From Anolis carolinensis (lineage: Eukaryota), in contig NC_085841.1 of NCBI RefSeq assembly GCF_035594765.1, positions 52,373,636 through 52,437,635 of the forward strand: a DNA stretch of 64,000 bases. The letters run 5' to 3'. The notes beneath the pieces were generated by a model, which saw only the letters and a list, made by a program, of their open reading frames with translations, did no database searches and was not told the DNA's origin. Position numbers and translations under genes: made by a program. This document shows positions 50,501 through 64,000 of the stretch, piece by piece (the first letter of the stretch is position 1; each line of letters starts with the position of its first letter).

Positions 50501-51153
50501 TGATTCTCCCTATTGTAATTCTAGAGGCCAAAACTATGCCAATGAATGTTAAATACCTACTTGTTTTTATGATGTAACATAGAATAAACAAATTAATATG
50601 CATAAGATGAGGATGATAGAAAAATGTGCAATGTTTTCAGATTTCACAGTCTAAAATAACAATTACCTCTCCCTTCTCTACAATTAGAACTGTAATGCTT
50701 TTTGTATTTTGCCACCTGCTTCATTTTCAAGTTGTTTTAGGCTGCAACATAGTGCAAAAATGCCTCCTTAATTAACATGCATTTTCAGCTAATCTACAAG
50801 ACCTGTGGACCCCTTCCCTCTGTAATCCATGCCTTAAAGGTGTGAGTATGTTTAATCCTTGAGTAAGGTGCCCAGACATGCTTACTTCAGCTTCCTCTAC
50901 AGGGGCTTGCACAGACTGTTGTGGAGTGTGTGTTTGCAGTTAGGGATCATCTTCAGAAGAGACTGAAGTAAGCATGTCAGACTTCTGGGATCTTCTGGCC
51001 TCCATTTCCTCCCCTGGCCATTCTGGCCACTTCTTAGTCTTGGTATCAGAGCATGATTTTTCATGGCCTTCTCTTTCAACCATGTAGTTAATGATGAATA
51101 GGTCCAGCTTACTTATATGTGTTTGTACAAAGAAGATGAAGATCGCTACTCTC

Positions 51154-51302
51154 NNNNNNNNNNNNNNNNNNNNNNNNNNNNNNNNNNNNNNNNNNNNNNN
51201 NNNNNNNNNNNNNNNNNNNNNNNNNNNNNNNNNNNNNNNNNNNNNNNNNNNNNNNNNNNNNNNNNNNNNNNNNNNNNNNNNNNNNNNNNNNNNNNNNNNN
51301 NN
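51154..51302. other. Assembly gap (149 N)
   Basis: Run of N. Confidence 1.
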
Positions 51303-53802
51303 ACAGTAAATTGTCCTTGTTTTCTAACCATTTTCTAACACTGGCATAACAGAGTCTCGCGGTGGTCTTCCCATGACACACAGCCACTTCTGGTGGTTGT
51401 GCATGCAAATTTGTCTTGCCATTGTGTGGAGAAGAAGAGAAAAATCCACTTTCATGTGTTGGGTGTTCCCCCGACTCCTGATTGAAGACAGCATGTGGCA
51501 GCAGCAGAAAGTGGGGAAATGTTGTGGGATGGCTGGCCATCCCTGAAGACAGATCTTGCTGGGGTAGGTCAAGTTCCCACTATTAAGAATGCTTTCCTCC
51601 ATCCCCCTTCCCTTGGGATAAGGTCATAGGTGTTGTTCTGCTTCTGCCTTGACAAACAATTATTCTGCTGTTATTGCTCACATTTCCCTGCAGTTTCCTC
51701 CTATCCCTTGCCAAAGAGCCAATAAGACTGGAAGTGGAATATTTCTGCACTATAGGAGACCGTCCTCTGTTATATCTGTAAAAGTGGGTGTGGGCACAGG
51801 GCAAACTGCATGTCACCTAGTTGTCTTCTCTAAGATCTTGTTGCTGCATCTCAAAATTTGCTGCCTGAGTTGACCTAATTCTGTCTAAGAGCTGGCCAAA
51901 CACTTTCCCCCTCTAAAGCTATAGATGCTCTGCATAATGTAAGATACTTCAGGAAAAGAAGGAATGTAAATAAATCTCAATATATTGAAGGGTAGCAGGA
52001 TACCTAAGCAAAAATAATTTAAAATATTTTCTTCTTTACTTCTCAACATTTGGAGGTGTGCATTAATTTTCTTATTATTCTACTGGTGCATTAAAGTATG
52101 TGGTTTGACTCACCAGGATGCTGTTTCATTAATATTAATCATGGATATCTTTCATAGTATTGTGTTTTTCTCATACTGCCAAAGAGTGTTCTTTAACAAT
52201 GAGGACATTTCAGGTAAATTATATCCAGGACAATTATCTTCCTGGTATTGGCAATATCTATCTTTGCTCTAAAAGAGCACACCTTGTTTCCTACCAAGGG
52301 CTGGGATTTGATGACTTTTACTCTGGTCTCTGCTTGTAGTAACAGAACAATGTTGTTCTCTAGTTCAGCAGGATCACTTGGGGGGATCATGATTTCATGA
52401 ATTTTTAAAACTGCTTTCCTGCTGATTGTGGCGCTTGTAGGGAGGTGGGTTTTGTGTGTGCTTTTATTTATTTTTTAACAGTCCCAGTCTTGGTTTAGAA
52501 GCTGGATTTGGGAAAGGTTGTTTTGCTGGCACAGGAGGCTTAACTAGTCATACATGCTGAATCAAATGTGCCTATGCCCTGTGGCAGCAGGCAAGCCACT
52601 AAATGCGTTAAAGACAAAAACTCCTCCCTACTGATTCAGATGTGAATGGGGAAGTGCTGAGCGGAGGGCTGTTCAATTCCACTGTTGCTGATGTCAAGTT
52701 GCAACTTGTATGTGGAAAGAAAAACCCCAAAAGCAGTCTGCAAAGAGAAAATTCTTGTACAATTTTATTTGTTTAATTTTATTTTTACATAGATATCCTC
52801 CCTTTTCCCCTGCACAGGCTTTAAGCAGACTTGCAGCCATTTCAAAAACACTGTACGTTGGAAAAAAGAATATACACTTAAACACAAGCCAGACTACTGT
52901 TTAAAAATATATTTTAATAACAGGTTTAAGACATGGTTAAAACATAATAAAATAGAAACATATCCCCCATTAAAAACTCAATTGCCATAACATACACAAC
53001 AACAACCTTCCTCTCTTTTCTTGCACCTTCAATATGGTGGAGGCAACCTTCAGACCATAGACCAAAATCAACTGCCAGTCCAGCTGTGCGATTAAGGCCT
53101 GAATACGTCACAGAAGATCATTTTTCAGTAGCTATCAGTAATCCTTTCCAATATCAGAGGCAATTGGTTTGTATATCAAATACTGGAGAACATAAGATGG
53201 ACAGTTTTATTTATTATTATTCATATTCTGGTGGTGGGCATCCCACAGGGAACAGAATACTAGAAAAGCTAGGGTTTTGTCCTGAACCAGCATGTCTCTC
53301 TTTAAATGGGAGAAAAGAAAATAGAATTGGTTGTTTTGGGATCCACTGCCTCAGAACAGCTGGAGGGCCTTGAAATAAATGATTTTCACTTCATGTAATA
53401 TCTCCACTACTCTTGCCTCTTCCTAAGCGGTCTTCCAGCCCCAAAAGTCTATGTAGTTTTGTTTTAAAGGTTAAATAATCAAAGTTGCAGTGACAAATGG
53501 AAAAGAAACTTCATTTTGGTCTGATCAGACCTAGAATTCTGTGTCCAGTTCTAAGTATTACAGTTCACAAGTGATATGGACGAGCTGGAACATATTCAGA
53601 AAAGGGCAACCAAGATGACCAAATCAGAACAAACATTATAAAGAATAACTCGGGGAACTGGGATATGTCTAACTGGGAGAAGAAAAAAACCCGAGAGTGA
53701 TATACCTTATATATTCATATGTTGGTCAAAAAATCAAATCCAAAAAAACTGGATTGACTTACCCACAGTGTAAGTACTGTACCTTAACTCTTATAACTCT
53801 TA

Positions 53803-55764
53803 TGGCGACAGGGGACACGAAAAAGGCAGAACTGCTTAATGCCTTCTTTGCCTCGGTTTTCTCACAAAAAGAAAGCCATCTTCGACCTCAGCAACATGAA
53901 ATGGACGAAGGATTAGGGGAAATCCAACCCCAAATACGGAAACAAGTTGTCCAGGAACACTTGGCCGCTCCAAACGAATTCAAGTTGCCAGGGCCAGATC
54001 AACTACATCCAAGAGTATTGAAGGAACTAGCTGAAGTTATTTCAGAACCATTGGCAATCATATTCGAGAGTTCTTGGAGAACGGGAGAAGTCCCAGAAAA
54101 TTAGAGGAGGAGGACAAATGTGGTCCCTATCTTCAAGAAGGGAAAAAAGAACAACCAAACAATTACCGTCCAGTCAGTCTCACGTCGATACCAGGCAAGA
54201 TTCTGGAAAATATCATTAAGGAAGTGGTCTGCAAACACTTAGAAACAAATGCGGTCATTGCTAATAGTCAACACGATAGAGTTACGAGTTGGGTCGATAC
54301 AGGGAATGCCGTGGATGTAGCGTACCTAGATTTCAGTAAGGCCTTCGACAAAGTCCCTCACAACCTTCTGGCAAACAAACTAGTAGAATGTGGGCTAGAC
54401 AAAACTACGGTTAGGTGGATCTGTAATTGGCTAAGCAAACAAACCCAAAGGGTGCTCACCAATGCATCGTCTTCATCTTGGAAAGAAGTCACGAGTGGAG
54501 TGCTGCAGGGTTTCGTCCTGGGCTCGGTTCTGCTTAACGTCTTTATTAACAACTTAGACGAAGGGCTAGAAAGCACAATCATCAAGTTTGCAGATGACAC
54601 CAAACTGGGAGGGATAGCCAACACTCCTGAAGACAGGAGCAGAATTCAAAACGATCTTAACAGATTAGAGAGATGGGCCGAAACTAACAAAATGAAGTTC
54701 AACAGGGATAAATGCAAGATACTTAACTTCGGCAGAAAAAATGGAATGCACAGATATAGAATGGGGGATGCCTGGCTAGACAGCAGTACATGTGAAAAAG
54801 ATCTTGGAGTCCTTGTGGACAACAAATTAAACATGAGCAAGCAATGTGATGCGGCTGCTAGGAAAGCCAACGGGATTTTGGCCTGCATCAATAGGAGTAT
54901 AGTGTCTAGATCCAGGGAAGTCAAGCTACCCTTCTATTCTGCTTTGGTCAGACCACACCTGGAATACTGTGTCCAGGCATGTAGCCGGGGGGGGGGGGGG
55001 TTGAGGGGCTTCAGCTCCCCCTGAAATTCTCAAGGTGGTCCACGAAAAGGCCTTACATTTATTATTTAAACTGTTATGTTTATTCATATTATGATCTGAT
55101 CACCATGTTCAATATATCCCATATGCATGGGGGTATTGGGATAACGATACAAAAGATTTGCTAGGGTAGATCCTCTCCCACTCAGACTCAGCCCTCCTGA
55201 ACCAAGATCCCCCCCCCCCCCCCGAAACAAAATCCTGGCTACGGGCCTGACTGTGTCCAATTCTGGGCACCGCAGTTGAAGGGAGATGTTGACAAGCTGG
55301 AAAGCGTCCAGAGGAGGGCAACTAAAATGATCAAAGGTCTGGAGAACAAGCCCTATGAGGAGCGGCTTAAAGAGCTGGGCATGTTTAGCCTGCAGAAGAG
55401 AAAGCTGAGAGGAGACATGATAGCCATGTACAAATATGTGAGGGGAAGTCATAGGGAGGAGGGAGCAAGCTTATTTTCTGCTGCACTGCAGACTAGGACA
55501 TGGAACAATGGCTTCAAACTACAGGAAAGGAGATTCCACCTGAACATCAGGAAGAACTTCCTCACTGTGAGGGCTGTTCGACAGTGGAACTCTCTCCCCT
55601 GGACTGTGGTGGAGGCTCCTCCTTTGGAGGCTTTTAAGCAGAGGCTGGATGGCCATCTGTCGGGGGTGCTTTGAATGCGATTTCCTGCTTCTTGGCAGGG
55701 TTTTGGACTGGATGGTCCATGAGGTCTCTTCCAACTCTACTATTCTATGATTCTATGATTCTAT
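53803..55764 (+). mobile_element. 5'-truncated CR1 LINE (disrupted RT region)
   Basis: ORFs 53697-54104, 54074-55024 and 55276-55674 carry KAELLNAFFASVF, NYRPVSLTS, YLDFSKAFDKV, FADD, RPHLEYCVQ, VRQWNSLP; 3' tail (TTCTATGA)n at 55743-55764. Confidence 0.96.
54974..55249. mobile_element. hAT MITE inserted in CR1 ORF2
   Basis: TIRs CAGGCATGTAGCC / GGCTACGGGCCTG; perfect 8-bp TSD ACTGTGTC; removal restores EYCVQFWAPQ. Confidence 0.93.
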
Positions 55765-55815
55765 AAAAAAGGAACCTTTTCTGGGTAGAATGGCAAGAGC
55801 TTAGTTCATCTAGAG

Positions 55816-55950
55816 CAGTGGTTCTCAACCTGTGGGTCCCCAGGTGTTTTGGCCTACAACTCCCAGCAATCTCAGCCAGTTTACCAGCTGTTAGGATTTC
55901 TGGGAGTTGAAGGCCATAAACATCTGGGGACCCCAGGTTAAGAACCATTG
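55816..55950. mobile_element. hAT (Charlie-like) MITE, 135 bp
   Basis: TIRs CAGTGGTTCTCAACCT / AGGTTAAGAACCATTG; perfect TSD ATCTAGAG. Confidence 0.93.
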
Positions 55951-55969
55951 ATCTAGAGAGAACCTGAAA

Positions 55970-55970
<1 letters not shown>

Positions 55971-56022
<52 letters not shown>

Positions 56023-56411
56023 CTTTATTTATACCCCGCCACCATCTCCCCAATGGGGACTCGGGGCGGCTTACATGGGGCCATGCCCAGACACCATACA
56101 ATATAACAAAATAAAACAACATATCATAACACAATATAACAGTGCAAAAATAATCATATACATTACAGCACAAATCAGAGAAAACAGTAAAAAACAGGGC
56201 GGGCCACATGAACACTTAATTAAAAACTCGGGAGAGAGAGGCATACGAATAAAGGGAACAGGGATATAAAATGGTGGAGCAGTCTAAAGGATAGAATCCA
56301 AGGGGAATAACCAAAGAGGTATATAACATTTACTCCCCAAAGGCACATCGGAAAAGCCATGTTTTTAGATCTTTCTTAAAGGCTAACAAGGTGGGGGCTT
56401 GCCTGATCTCA
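55971..56411 (-). mobile_element. L2 3' end with (TTA)n tail
   Basis: (TAA)n then TTTATTTATACCCCGCC..GGCGGCTTACA, homologous to the L2 end at 12720 and ~13940-13990. Confidence 0.8.
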
Positions 56412-56632
56412 GTGAGTGAAGCATCACACCTTCCACTCTCTTCACCATGGCACTACTTCTGAATGCCTGGGTAGATAAATGGCATTGGCAGCTAAGGGCT
56501 GCTGGCCTGTTGAGGCAGCACTGGTGCTTCCCCTCTTCATAAAATCACCCTCATCTACGGGTCCCAAAATCGGCCCTTAACTTATAAATAAGGTTGACCT
56601 ATGCTTGAGGACATACAGTAATAGATTACGTA

Positions 56633-56927
56633 CACTATGTAACAACATTTGAAAAAAATATGTTACTGGTTTGAAAGTATTTCCTGTTTAATTGTGAAAA
56701 TAGTTGTTATACTCTAGAAACTTTGTTTTTGTGGCTGCCACAAATTACGTTAAATTGGTTGAGACTCTATGTGATATTTATTCATTGTAAAACCATAGCA
56801 AAAAGTGCTGCAGGATGTCTCACAAAAACAAAGTTTTTGCAGTTTCATAAACTTTTCCCATGTTTTTATGATATAACCAATTAAAATGACATTTATAACC
56901 CAGGAATAAAAATTGTATTACATAGTG
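56633..56927. mobile_element. Tc1/mariner-like MITE
   Basis: TIRs CACTATGTAA / TTACATAGTG, TA on the left. Confidence 0.7.
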
Positions 56928-58529
56928 AAAATGTCATGTATGAGAGATTTGATGAGCATCTTTCAGGAGTGCTTTAGCTGTATATTTTGCAAGGCAGTAG
57001 GGTAGACTTCATTGTTGTTGTGGTCCCTTCTAACTCTTAAGATTCTGTGACTCCCAAATATTGAGCCATAGTTTAAGGCACAATTGTGTAAGAATGTGAT
57101 TGGCAATCCTAAATATTTCTATTACTTTTGCCAATGCTGTGAGGAGAAAACAACTTTGTACTAGGCATGCTATAGGAAAAAAGATATGTTTTACTAGCAA
57201 AAGGTTAGCTTACGATTCTTTTAAAAATAAAGAAATGCTCGCAAAGTGTCAAGTTATTGAAAGATTAAATTTTGAGTTCACAGTGAATAAATAATCTTTC
57301 ATGTCTCCAAAAAACTAAACACTGATCTTCATGAGTGTTATATTGTGATGCCTTTTAAATTAAAAGGCAGGAATTAAAAAGTCTTCTTGGTTCAACTTCC
57401 ATTTCCAGAAATTGTTCTACACAATACCATTTGTTTACAAACGAGATTGGATTTGAAGCAAAGTACACGGTGCTCAAGAAGCAATCAGTCAGCCAGCTAC
57501 AAGAAATATTTTTTTTTGAAGGAGACAAACAGAACAACAGCACATTTTGTTCCCAAGTTAATAAAAGTCATAAGGTAATGGTTGGGATTGTTTAGTGAGT
57601 TGTTATAGAACATGTATAATTTTAGAGCTGAGTCTGAAAACAAGGCAAAGATTATCATTACAAGCCAGTGACTGGAAATTATTCTTGGTTGTGGACAGTG
57701 ATGGTCCTAAGACTCCTATTAGTCCATCTACTAAGGGTTCCTAATGTCACCTTGACCAAGGACCTTATCCCGTATGTGTGTATGTGGGGTGTGTGTGTGT
57801 GGGTGGAGTAGTGTTATGTAATCGTGCCATTTAATCCTGTAGTGTTGCAAATCACTACATTTCATTATTAATTATTTATCACATGTTGTCTAAATTTGCT
57901 GGTTTCTCCATTACTAACTGTTTCATCCTTATCCCACGAACAAGTGGATTGTCTGACCTCTCCACCATCTTTTTTTAAAAAAGGGTCTTACTTCAACATT
58001 GTGAGGAATCGAACTCTTGCAGCATTGAGAGTTGCATTATTAAGGCAAAGAAAAATAATGATAATAAAGAAGCACTATTTCTTACTTTTAAATTTAAAAT
58101 ATTACCAAAAAGGATTGGACAGCTGCATTAAGGCAGAGTACTGGGGACTCATTGCTGGTTAGGAGACTTCCCACAGGACAGCCCATTTGGCCACATCATA
58201 GATTCGATTCAATGAGGGTGATTTTGACAGCTCTTATCCTGTGTGTTTTTGTACTTTTAAAATAGAATATCTTGGTTCCTGAGTCCAGAAGACGATCTCA
58301 AACCGTCTTCTCCCCCCTTCCTTTTTTTGGACTGTTTATGACATTTGACTACTGAATCATGACGGACGCAGACAGGAAGTTCCTTTGCATCGTGGGATGG
58401 TCTCCGTCAATTTTCATTACCTCAATGGCTTATAACTGTTTGAAAATGGGGGAAGAGGGTGTGTGGTGAGTGGAATAAGGTCCCAAGACAAAGGCTCAGA
58501 GCTTATGTTCAGAGCCTTACATACATTGT

Positions 58530-59030
58530 TTTTATTATTTATTTATTTAAAACATTTATTTTCCGCCCTTCTCACCTCGCAGAGGACACAGGGCAGAGCA
58601 CAACATATATACAGCAAGCATTCCATGCCAGGACATAACATAACTATAAATATACACAAACATTAAAACCAATTGTATCTACTTTAAAATCAGCTGTTTA
58701 AGAACCATGCTGACTCTGGTCAGCAGAGTAGGTTTCCTATTATTGCCTTATTGCACTGTCCCAGAGTCTTGGTCCCACAGCCAGGTCAATACCATCTTTC
58801 TGAAGGACAGGAGGGAAAGGCTGATCTCATCTCACCACGGAGGGAGTTCCATAGCCAGGAGACAATCACTGAGAAGACCTTCTTGTCCCCAGCAAATGCG
58901 CCTGTGACAGTGGTGGGACCAAGAGCAGGGCCTCCCCAGAAGATCTTAGTCTTCACGGTGGTTTGTAAAGGGAGATGAATTCGAACAGGTAAACTGAGCC
59001 GGGGTCATTTAGGACTTTATAGGCCAAAGC
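58530..59030 (-). mobile_element. L2 3' fragment
   Basis: (TTTA)n tail plus CCGCCCTTCTCACC; body homologous to L2 at ~13960-14180. Confidence 0.75.
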
Positions 59031-62000
59031 CTATAAAGCCTATTTTGCAGCACATCTCTTCAGTGCTTTGTAAACATTATGTGTGCCATTAAAGTGGTGG
59101 TTTCCAACATTTGGCCTGTCAGAGTTCATTGATTTCCATGTTTAGAAGACCCAGCAGAGTGGAGAATGGTCAAAGATTCTGGGAGCTAAATTCCCAAACA
59201 ATTGGATGGCCAAAGGTTGAGAAAACCATGACCCAAAAAATCTGTTGTAAAGTAGGTCTTTTGTTTCTCTTTCACTGTTGGGAAATTGAGGGTAAAAGCC
59301 CATTTATAATGCTATGTGATTCCATTCTAATAGGCATAGCTGCATTTACAAAATAAGTTGCATAGTTTGAGGATGCACTACAGCTCTTTGGAAAAAAATT
59401 CTGGATACCTTATGAGACTCCAAAGCCCAGATTCCACAGGAAGAATCCTTGGCAGTTAAAGTAGTATCAAAGTGCTGTAACAATGTAGTATGAAAAGGCC
59501 CTAAGACAAAATGGAAACTTTTCATTGAACTTATTGGTAGCCTTTGGGTCATTTCCAACTAATGCCACCCTAAAGTTAACCTGCAGAGGAGAATAGGGTA
59601 AACGGGATAGTTGCATAATAGTTATAATTATAGTGTATGCTTGTATGTTTGATGATAATAGAAAATAGGATGTAATGTAAATTTCCATTCATCTGTTATG
59701 TGATTTCAGCTCTGCTGAACCTTGGGTTTGAGTTACTGATGTACCTGGGCTCCAGTCCAAAATAAGACAGCACGGTGAAAGTAAGGACCAGAGGTTACAT
59801 TCACTTCAGCCGAAAGTGGATGTTGGAGAGTCTGCACTTTCAAATCAGACAGAAAGATAATGGACACATACAGAGACTTTTATAGATATTTGACAGCTAT
59901 TCAACTAATGGACGTTTTCTGCTCTGGGCACTGGTTAATTCAAGTTACAATCCGCACACTGATTAGTTGAGGCGCAACTTCCACCACTGCAGAAATTAAA
60001 GAAAAAGAGAGGATTTTAACACAAGATAGGGTAGATGGGGAGAGAAAGAAAGAGTAAGATTCATGTAAGATTTTTTTTAACTAGAAGTAGCAGGTGGACA
60101 CTGAAGAAGAGGAAAAGCAAAATAACATTTACATCAAGAGCAAGTTGGGCTTAAGCTCTTATAAAGATGGTAGATTGTAACGCATATATACTGCTGTTGG
60201 ACAAATTTAAAAAATGGGCCTAGTGCACCTTCTTTGCTGTTTGAAATTTAAACTAGAAATCTAGGTGTACTTCTTAACATTGCAATGGAATGCCCAAAGA
60301 AAACCTATGTACCCAGAATTGGACGCACGGTTGTCTCATGTATTTCAACATAGTTACACAGGCCCTTGCCCTGGATGACCAGTTAAGTCTTTAAGCTTTC
60401 TCTTAAAGGCTGTTGAAGCATCCTCTCATATTCAAAACCTCCTTCCACAGTTTTCTAAAAAACACAAATCTGTAGATCCATATTGGAATGGAATGAGGTG
60501 GAGAAATTGCCCCAAGTTTTTCTTGAAGTTTTAAAGTACTTTGGGTTTCTGTAGGTCAAGTAAGAACTGAGGTACAAGCAGGCAGAAGTCTACTTTAGAT
60601 TTATTTTTTGTTACACCTGATTTAGAATAGTCTGCCTTACAACACAGCGAGACTATATGTAGATCTTTTATTGATTTTTAAATGGTCTTTGAGTTACTTA
60701 ACTGGGCACAAACTCAGAGAATTTTGGCATTTTTACAACTTTCCCTCTGTCCCTAGCTGAAATTAAATGGGGAACGACAAATATGGCTGTTTGTCAAAGC
60801 TCACATTGCACAGTGTCTTTTTGAACTTCTTTTCAACTGAGCTTGTCAGGTTTTCAGAATGAGGATTGTTTCTTCCTGTCCTCAATTGAAGGAGAATTGT
60901 TCCTGTTCTTTCATATGCAGATGAGCCCATTCTCCCCTATGAACATCAAGATGCCTTTGTTGCTTATTTCCTTGCCTGTGTTCTTATTGTCTGGAGAACA
61001 TTAGTGATAGAAAGATCCTTGTGAAAGCCACTGGCAAGATTCTCTCTAGTCATATGTAGATGTTGCATATAGACATTTGAACCCCAGCAAAAAGTTGTTT
61101 GGTTTGAAAGATCCATTCCTCTGGTGGGTTCTATATGTTAAAACATGCAATTGAAAAACTGCACAAGTTATAGGCAAGTCAAGTGCACTCAGCATCATGG
61201 TTCTGTCAGCTTGAGGTTGTTTTGTATGAAGTGGGAAATACATTGTTCAAACAGAAACATTAGGAATTTGGCCCTCTTTTTCTCAAAAGCAACCCCTGGC
61301 ATTCTTCTGAGACAAAAAATATGGGTCTTCCCCGATACAATGTACTGAAGAAATCCTTTAGATTAAATTTGAAGCTATCCATGAATATGAATTTTATGGA
61401 CCTCGTTACACTGTTTTTTTAATCTTATGATGCAGCAGCTCATTCTTCTGAGCCCTGCAGGCTGGAGAGCTTATAATTCAATGGGATGTTAAATCAACTC
61501 TCTAAAACAAGTGTAGTTCCTTGTAGATTTCTAACTACAATCTGGAATGGATTCACTACCCTGCTGCCCCTGAAGTGATTCACTGCTTCTATTGGAAAAT
61601 ATGATAGTGAGTGAATCTCGCAGGCAGAATAATCAAATTTACAAGACAGAGCCCGAATAACAACAAAGTCCATGCCTGCTCCAACATGGGACAGCACAGT
61701 GCTTCTTAAACTGTGGGTTCTGACCCCAAATGAAATCCCCTTAGCTCAATGTTGGGACCCCAAAATGTTTTTTGGACTGTCACATATCTGTTGTGCAGTA
61801 TTTACGGTGGATTCTGCAGAAGATGTTTCAGCTGTACTTCATTGAACGGAAAATCAGCCTATTTAGCAAGTCTTTATTTTGCAAGTCTGATTTTTATGCC
61901 TATTTTGTATATATGGGGCCACATAAAAGTTTATTTGGCCAAAATGGGTCCCAAATGGAAAAGTTTAAGAAGCCTTGGTTTAACAGAGGAAATGAAGCAA

Positions 62001-62272
62001 GTTAGGTTTTCCTTATAAGCCATATCAGAGCAGCTGCACTTTGAAATTACTTGTGCATTGTCAAATTCAGGGTCTTATGTGGGAAAAGAAGAGAAAAGGA
62101 TTCCAACCAAAGCTGAATCCATATGAGGACTGTGTGCCAGGTTCAGTGAGGATAATCCTGCTTTGGTTTGACCACACTAACATCACACTCACCTCTTTAA
62201 ATCCAAACTCACGTTGGTTTTACTCATTTGATTATTTCTGAAATTTTCTGTGTAAAGTGATTTGTATATGTA

Positions 62273-62691
62273 CCGTGTGTCCCTGAAAATAAGACAGTGT
62301 CTTATATTATCTTTTGCTCCCAAAGATGCGCTAGGTCATATTTTCAGGGAATGTCTTATTTTTCCACAAAGAAGAATTCACATTTATTGTTGAACAAAAA
62401 AAATGAACATTTATTATATACTGTACAGTAGTTGTCATCACAAACCAGCATAACGAGGCAAACTGTGAATCCTATCAAGAATTTCTTGTTACTACCATTA
62501 TTTTCATGCACAACAATCTATGGTACGTGCATTTACCGATGCTGAATGCTCTGGTGTTCTGTTCAGCAGACATGCTTCCAACAAAAACTTTGCTATGTCT
62601 TACTTTTGGGGGAGGTCTTATATTTAGCAATTAAGCAAAACCTCTACTAGATCTTATTTTCAGGTGATGACTTATTTTCAGGGAAACAGGG
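62273..62691. mobile_element. Tc1/mariner (Tigger-like) MITE
   Basis: TA-flanked TIRs CCGTGTGTCCCTGAAAATAAGA / CTTATTTTCAGGGAAACAGGG; internal TCTTAT(A/T)TT repeats. Confidence 0.85.
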
Positions 62692-63449
62692 TAACTCAGG
62701 TAGGATAAAAAATCATAAGCTTCTGTCAAAAACATGGAGCGTGTGTGTGCATGTGAACTTATGCTAATAAAAATACATGGTCTGGGAATAAAATGTTTTG
62801 TTGTCCTGTAATGCAAGATATGTTATCACTTTCAGGTGGCTAGCTGGATAGCAACCTATAAGAAAAGCTCTTTTCTGATTTACAAAAGTGTTGGGCTAGA
62901 TGGCATTTGATGTCCTAACCAGAATTTAGAACACTTATTTTTTTGGAATTCGACTTCTAGATTTCCTTAGCTAGCACTGTCAGTGGTCATGCTGGCTGGG
63001 GCCTTTTGGGAACTGTAGTCCACAAGGACAACATTTTTCTATTGTCCTCCTTTCCAAATCTCTGCATGAAATCCTATGGGTGCCCTACAATAGGAATTTC
63101 ACTTCTCCTAAAGTTGTGGAGTGAGGAGTCAGGGGTGATAGGGCAGACCAAATCTGCTGGCCTTTCCTGCCATCCCTTCTTTTCTTCATGGCTGCTGTCC
63201 CTGACCTTTCTCCTCCTGTTACACTGATATCACTGATCAACAGGATTTCTGCCTATAAAACTATGGCATAATGAAACATATCTTGGCACCAGCTCAAGCA
63301 TCACCTCCAAGAAAAAATATTAATAGCTTAAATTTTATTTCACTCTTTTGTGACATGTTTATAGAATTGTGTGTGTGCCTCCGTGTGTTTTAAAGCTTGC
63401 TTTGTTCAGATGCTGAGGGATGATTGATTCCAGCAATACCTAGCGTTTT

Positions 63450-63750
63450 ATAGCAGCAGCAGTGAAAAAGGCAAACTCAGTGTAAGGAATTATTAGGAAA
63501 GGGATGGAAAATAAAAACTGCCAGTATCATAATGCCGTTATATAAATCGATAGCAAGGCTGTGTTTGTAATACTGTATACAGTTCTGGTTACCCCTGTGT
63601 CAGAAAGAATGTAATAGAATGGGGGGCAGGGGGCAGTGATGAAAAGAGCTACCAAAATGATGAAAACCTTGGAGTGTCTTCTCTAGGAAGAAAGGCTGCA
63701 GCAAGAGGGAATTTTCAGACAACCAAGGTAGGAAGACATAGAATCCTATA
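63450..63750 (+). mobile_element. Old CR1 fragment
   Basis: Degenerate KKANS..IIRKGMENK..IIMPLYKS..YCIQFW..RATKM region. Confidence 0.65.
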
Positions 63751-64000
63751 GATTTCTGAACAGCTACTGAGAAATCAATAGAAAATGCAGATCCTTGAAC
63801 TTTTACTTTTTATACTCACAATCTTAGAACTGCCCCCCTAAGTGTTTGGTGGGTGTAATCCAAAAACATCATATTTCCAAGCCCTGGAAAGATGTTCCTA
63901 TCTCATAATAATAAATCTTCATTGCAGAATTAATATGGTTTGATACAACTTTAACTGTCATGTATCAATGTTATGGAGTCCTGGAAGGTCATCTTTCAGA

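Larger units (their letters stand above)
53705..56618. mobile_element. Decayed Tc1/mariner MITE hosting CR1, hAT and L2 insertions
   Basis: TA-flanked degenerate TIRs CCTTATATATTCA / TGAGGACATACAG. Confidence 0.5.
53515..57052 (+). mobile_element. Old CR1 3' fragment split by younger insertions (pieces ~53515-53702 and ~56930-57052)
   Basis: Left piece resembles RPxLExCVQ..KLE..QRRATKM; right piece ends with a CR1-like terminus GGTCCCTTCTAACTCTTAAGATTCTGTGA. Confidence 0.6.

Noticed and set aside
51091-51540. ORFs containing X runs
   Set aside because: Artefacts of the N gap.
59690-60360. Possible minus-strand LTR
   Set aside because: TG start and TATA-like hints, but no convincing 3' terminus or TSD.

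Overview
AT-rich vertebrate genomic DNA with no recognisable intact host protein-coding gene; the window is intergenic or lies in a large intron. The repeat set (Sauria SINE, L2, CR1, Penelope, R4/Dong, many hAT/Tc1/Harbinger MITEs) indicates a squamate, most likely an Anolis lizard (inference). Main contents: (1) a full-length but inactivated R4/Dong-clade retrotransposon (41795-45444, minus strand; RT, CCHC and restriction-like endonuclease). It has a 17-bp TSD, a 5' UTR that folds into an HDV-like ribozyme, and sits in the (ATT)n tract of a hAT MITE that is itself inside a Harbinger-like MITE. (2) A GHITM processed pseudogene with a clean 5' inversion (twin-priming signature), polyA signal and 13-bp TSD. 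(3) Penelope fragments with minimal hammerhead ribozyme motifs and inverted terminal tails. (4) A 5'-truncated CR1 in a four-level nest, two L2 copies, two solo LTRs, a chimeric hAT element, a probable Helitron, SINEs, long palindromes and a 149-N gap. Family names come from visual motif recognition, not database searches.
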